From: Octopus bimaculoides
Taxonomy: Eukaryota
Direction: 5' to 3'
DNA length: 64,000 nucleotides
NCBI RefSeq assembly: GCF_001194135.2
Contig: NC_069003.1
Span: 11,735,661 to 11,799,660 of the forward strand
The notes under the pieces: generated by a model
Seen by the model: the letters and a program-made list of their open reading frames with translations, nothing else
Databases searched by the model: none
Told to the model about the DNA's origin: nothing
In this document: piece after piece, positions 63,709 through 64,000 of the stretch
Position numbering within the stretch: position 1 is the stretch's first letter
How the letters are laid out: every line of letters starts with the position of its first letter
Made by a program: the position numbers and the translations under genes

Positions 63709-64000
63709 CATAATAATAATTAATAATAATAATAAATAATAAATCATAATAATAATTAATAATAATAACAATAAATAATAAATAAAAATAATGAATAATA
63801 ATAAAAATAATAAACAATAGAAATAATAACAAATAAAAATAATAATAAATAGTTATTTTTATTAATTTTTATTTATTATTTTTATTTATCATTCTTATTT
63901 ATTATTTTTATTAATTATTATTATTAATTATGATGATTATTATTATTATTATTAATAATTATGATTATTATTTTATTTATTATTTTTATTATAAGTTATT
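63545..64000. repeat. (AAT)n then (ATT)n low-complexity tract
   Basis: Direct reading. Confidence 0.95.

Overview
AT-rich, microsatellite- and SINE-dense animal genomic DNA with 11 sizeable N-gaps. The repeat families look like those of an octopus or other coleoid cephalopod (inference). There is no prokaryotic content and no CRISPR array. I read three protein-coding loci, all on the + strand. (1) The last four exons (1549-8791) of a cytochrome b561-domain, FRRS1/ferric-chelate-reductase-like gene, which the ORF track barely shows. (2) A spliced tubulin polyglutamylase TTLL7: 10 frame-consistent GT-AG exons from 30479 to 49036, plus a candidate short terminal exon at 51983. (3) A 3369-bp intronless CFAP57/WDR65 ORF (59552-62920), probably a retrogene. 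The rest is transposon debris: a Ty3/Gypsy remnant with a 3' LTR, Tc1/mariner elements and MITEs, RTE, CR1/L2-like and RLE-type LINE ends, several tRNA-derived SINE families, and many Penelope-like pieces (RT, two GIY-YIG fragments). The most interesting non-coding signal is a set of minimal type I hammerhead ribozyme motifs with palindromic stem III. Two have complete cores (20530-20571, 44155-44244), one is near-complete (50889-50949) and several are degenerate. They co-occur with an unusual number of long fold-back inverted repeats, mostly inside TTLL7 introns. Hammerheads in Penelope-like elements are a known phenomenon, so novelty here is limited to these specific families and their placement. 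Most short ORFs in the supplied track are microsatellite or gap artefacts.
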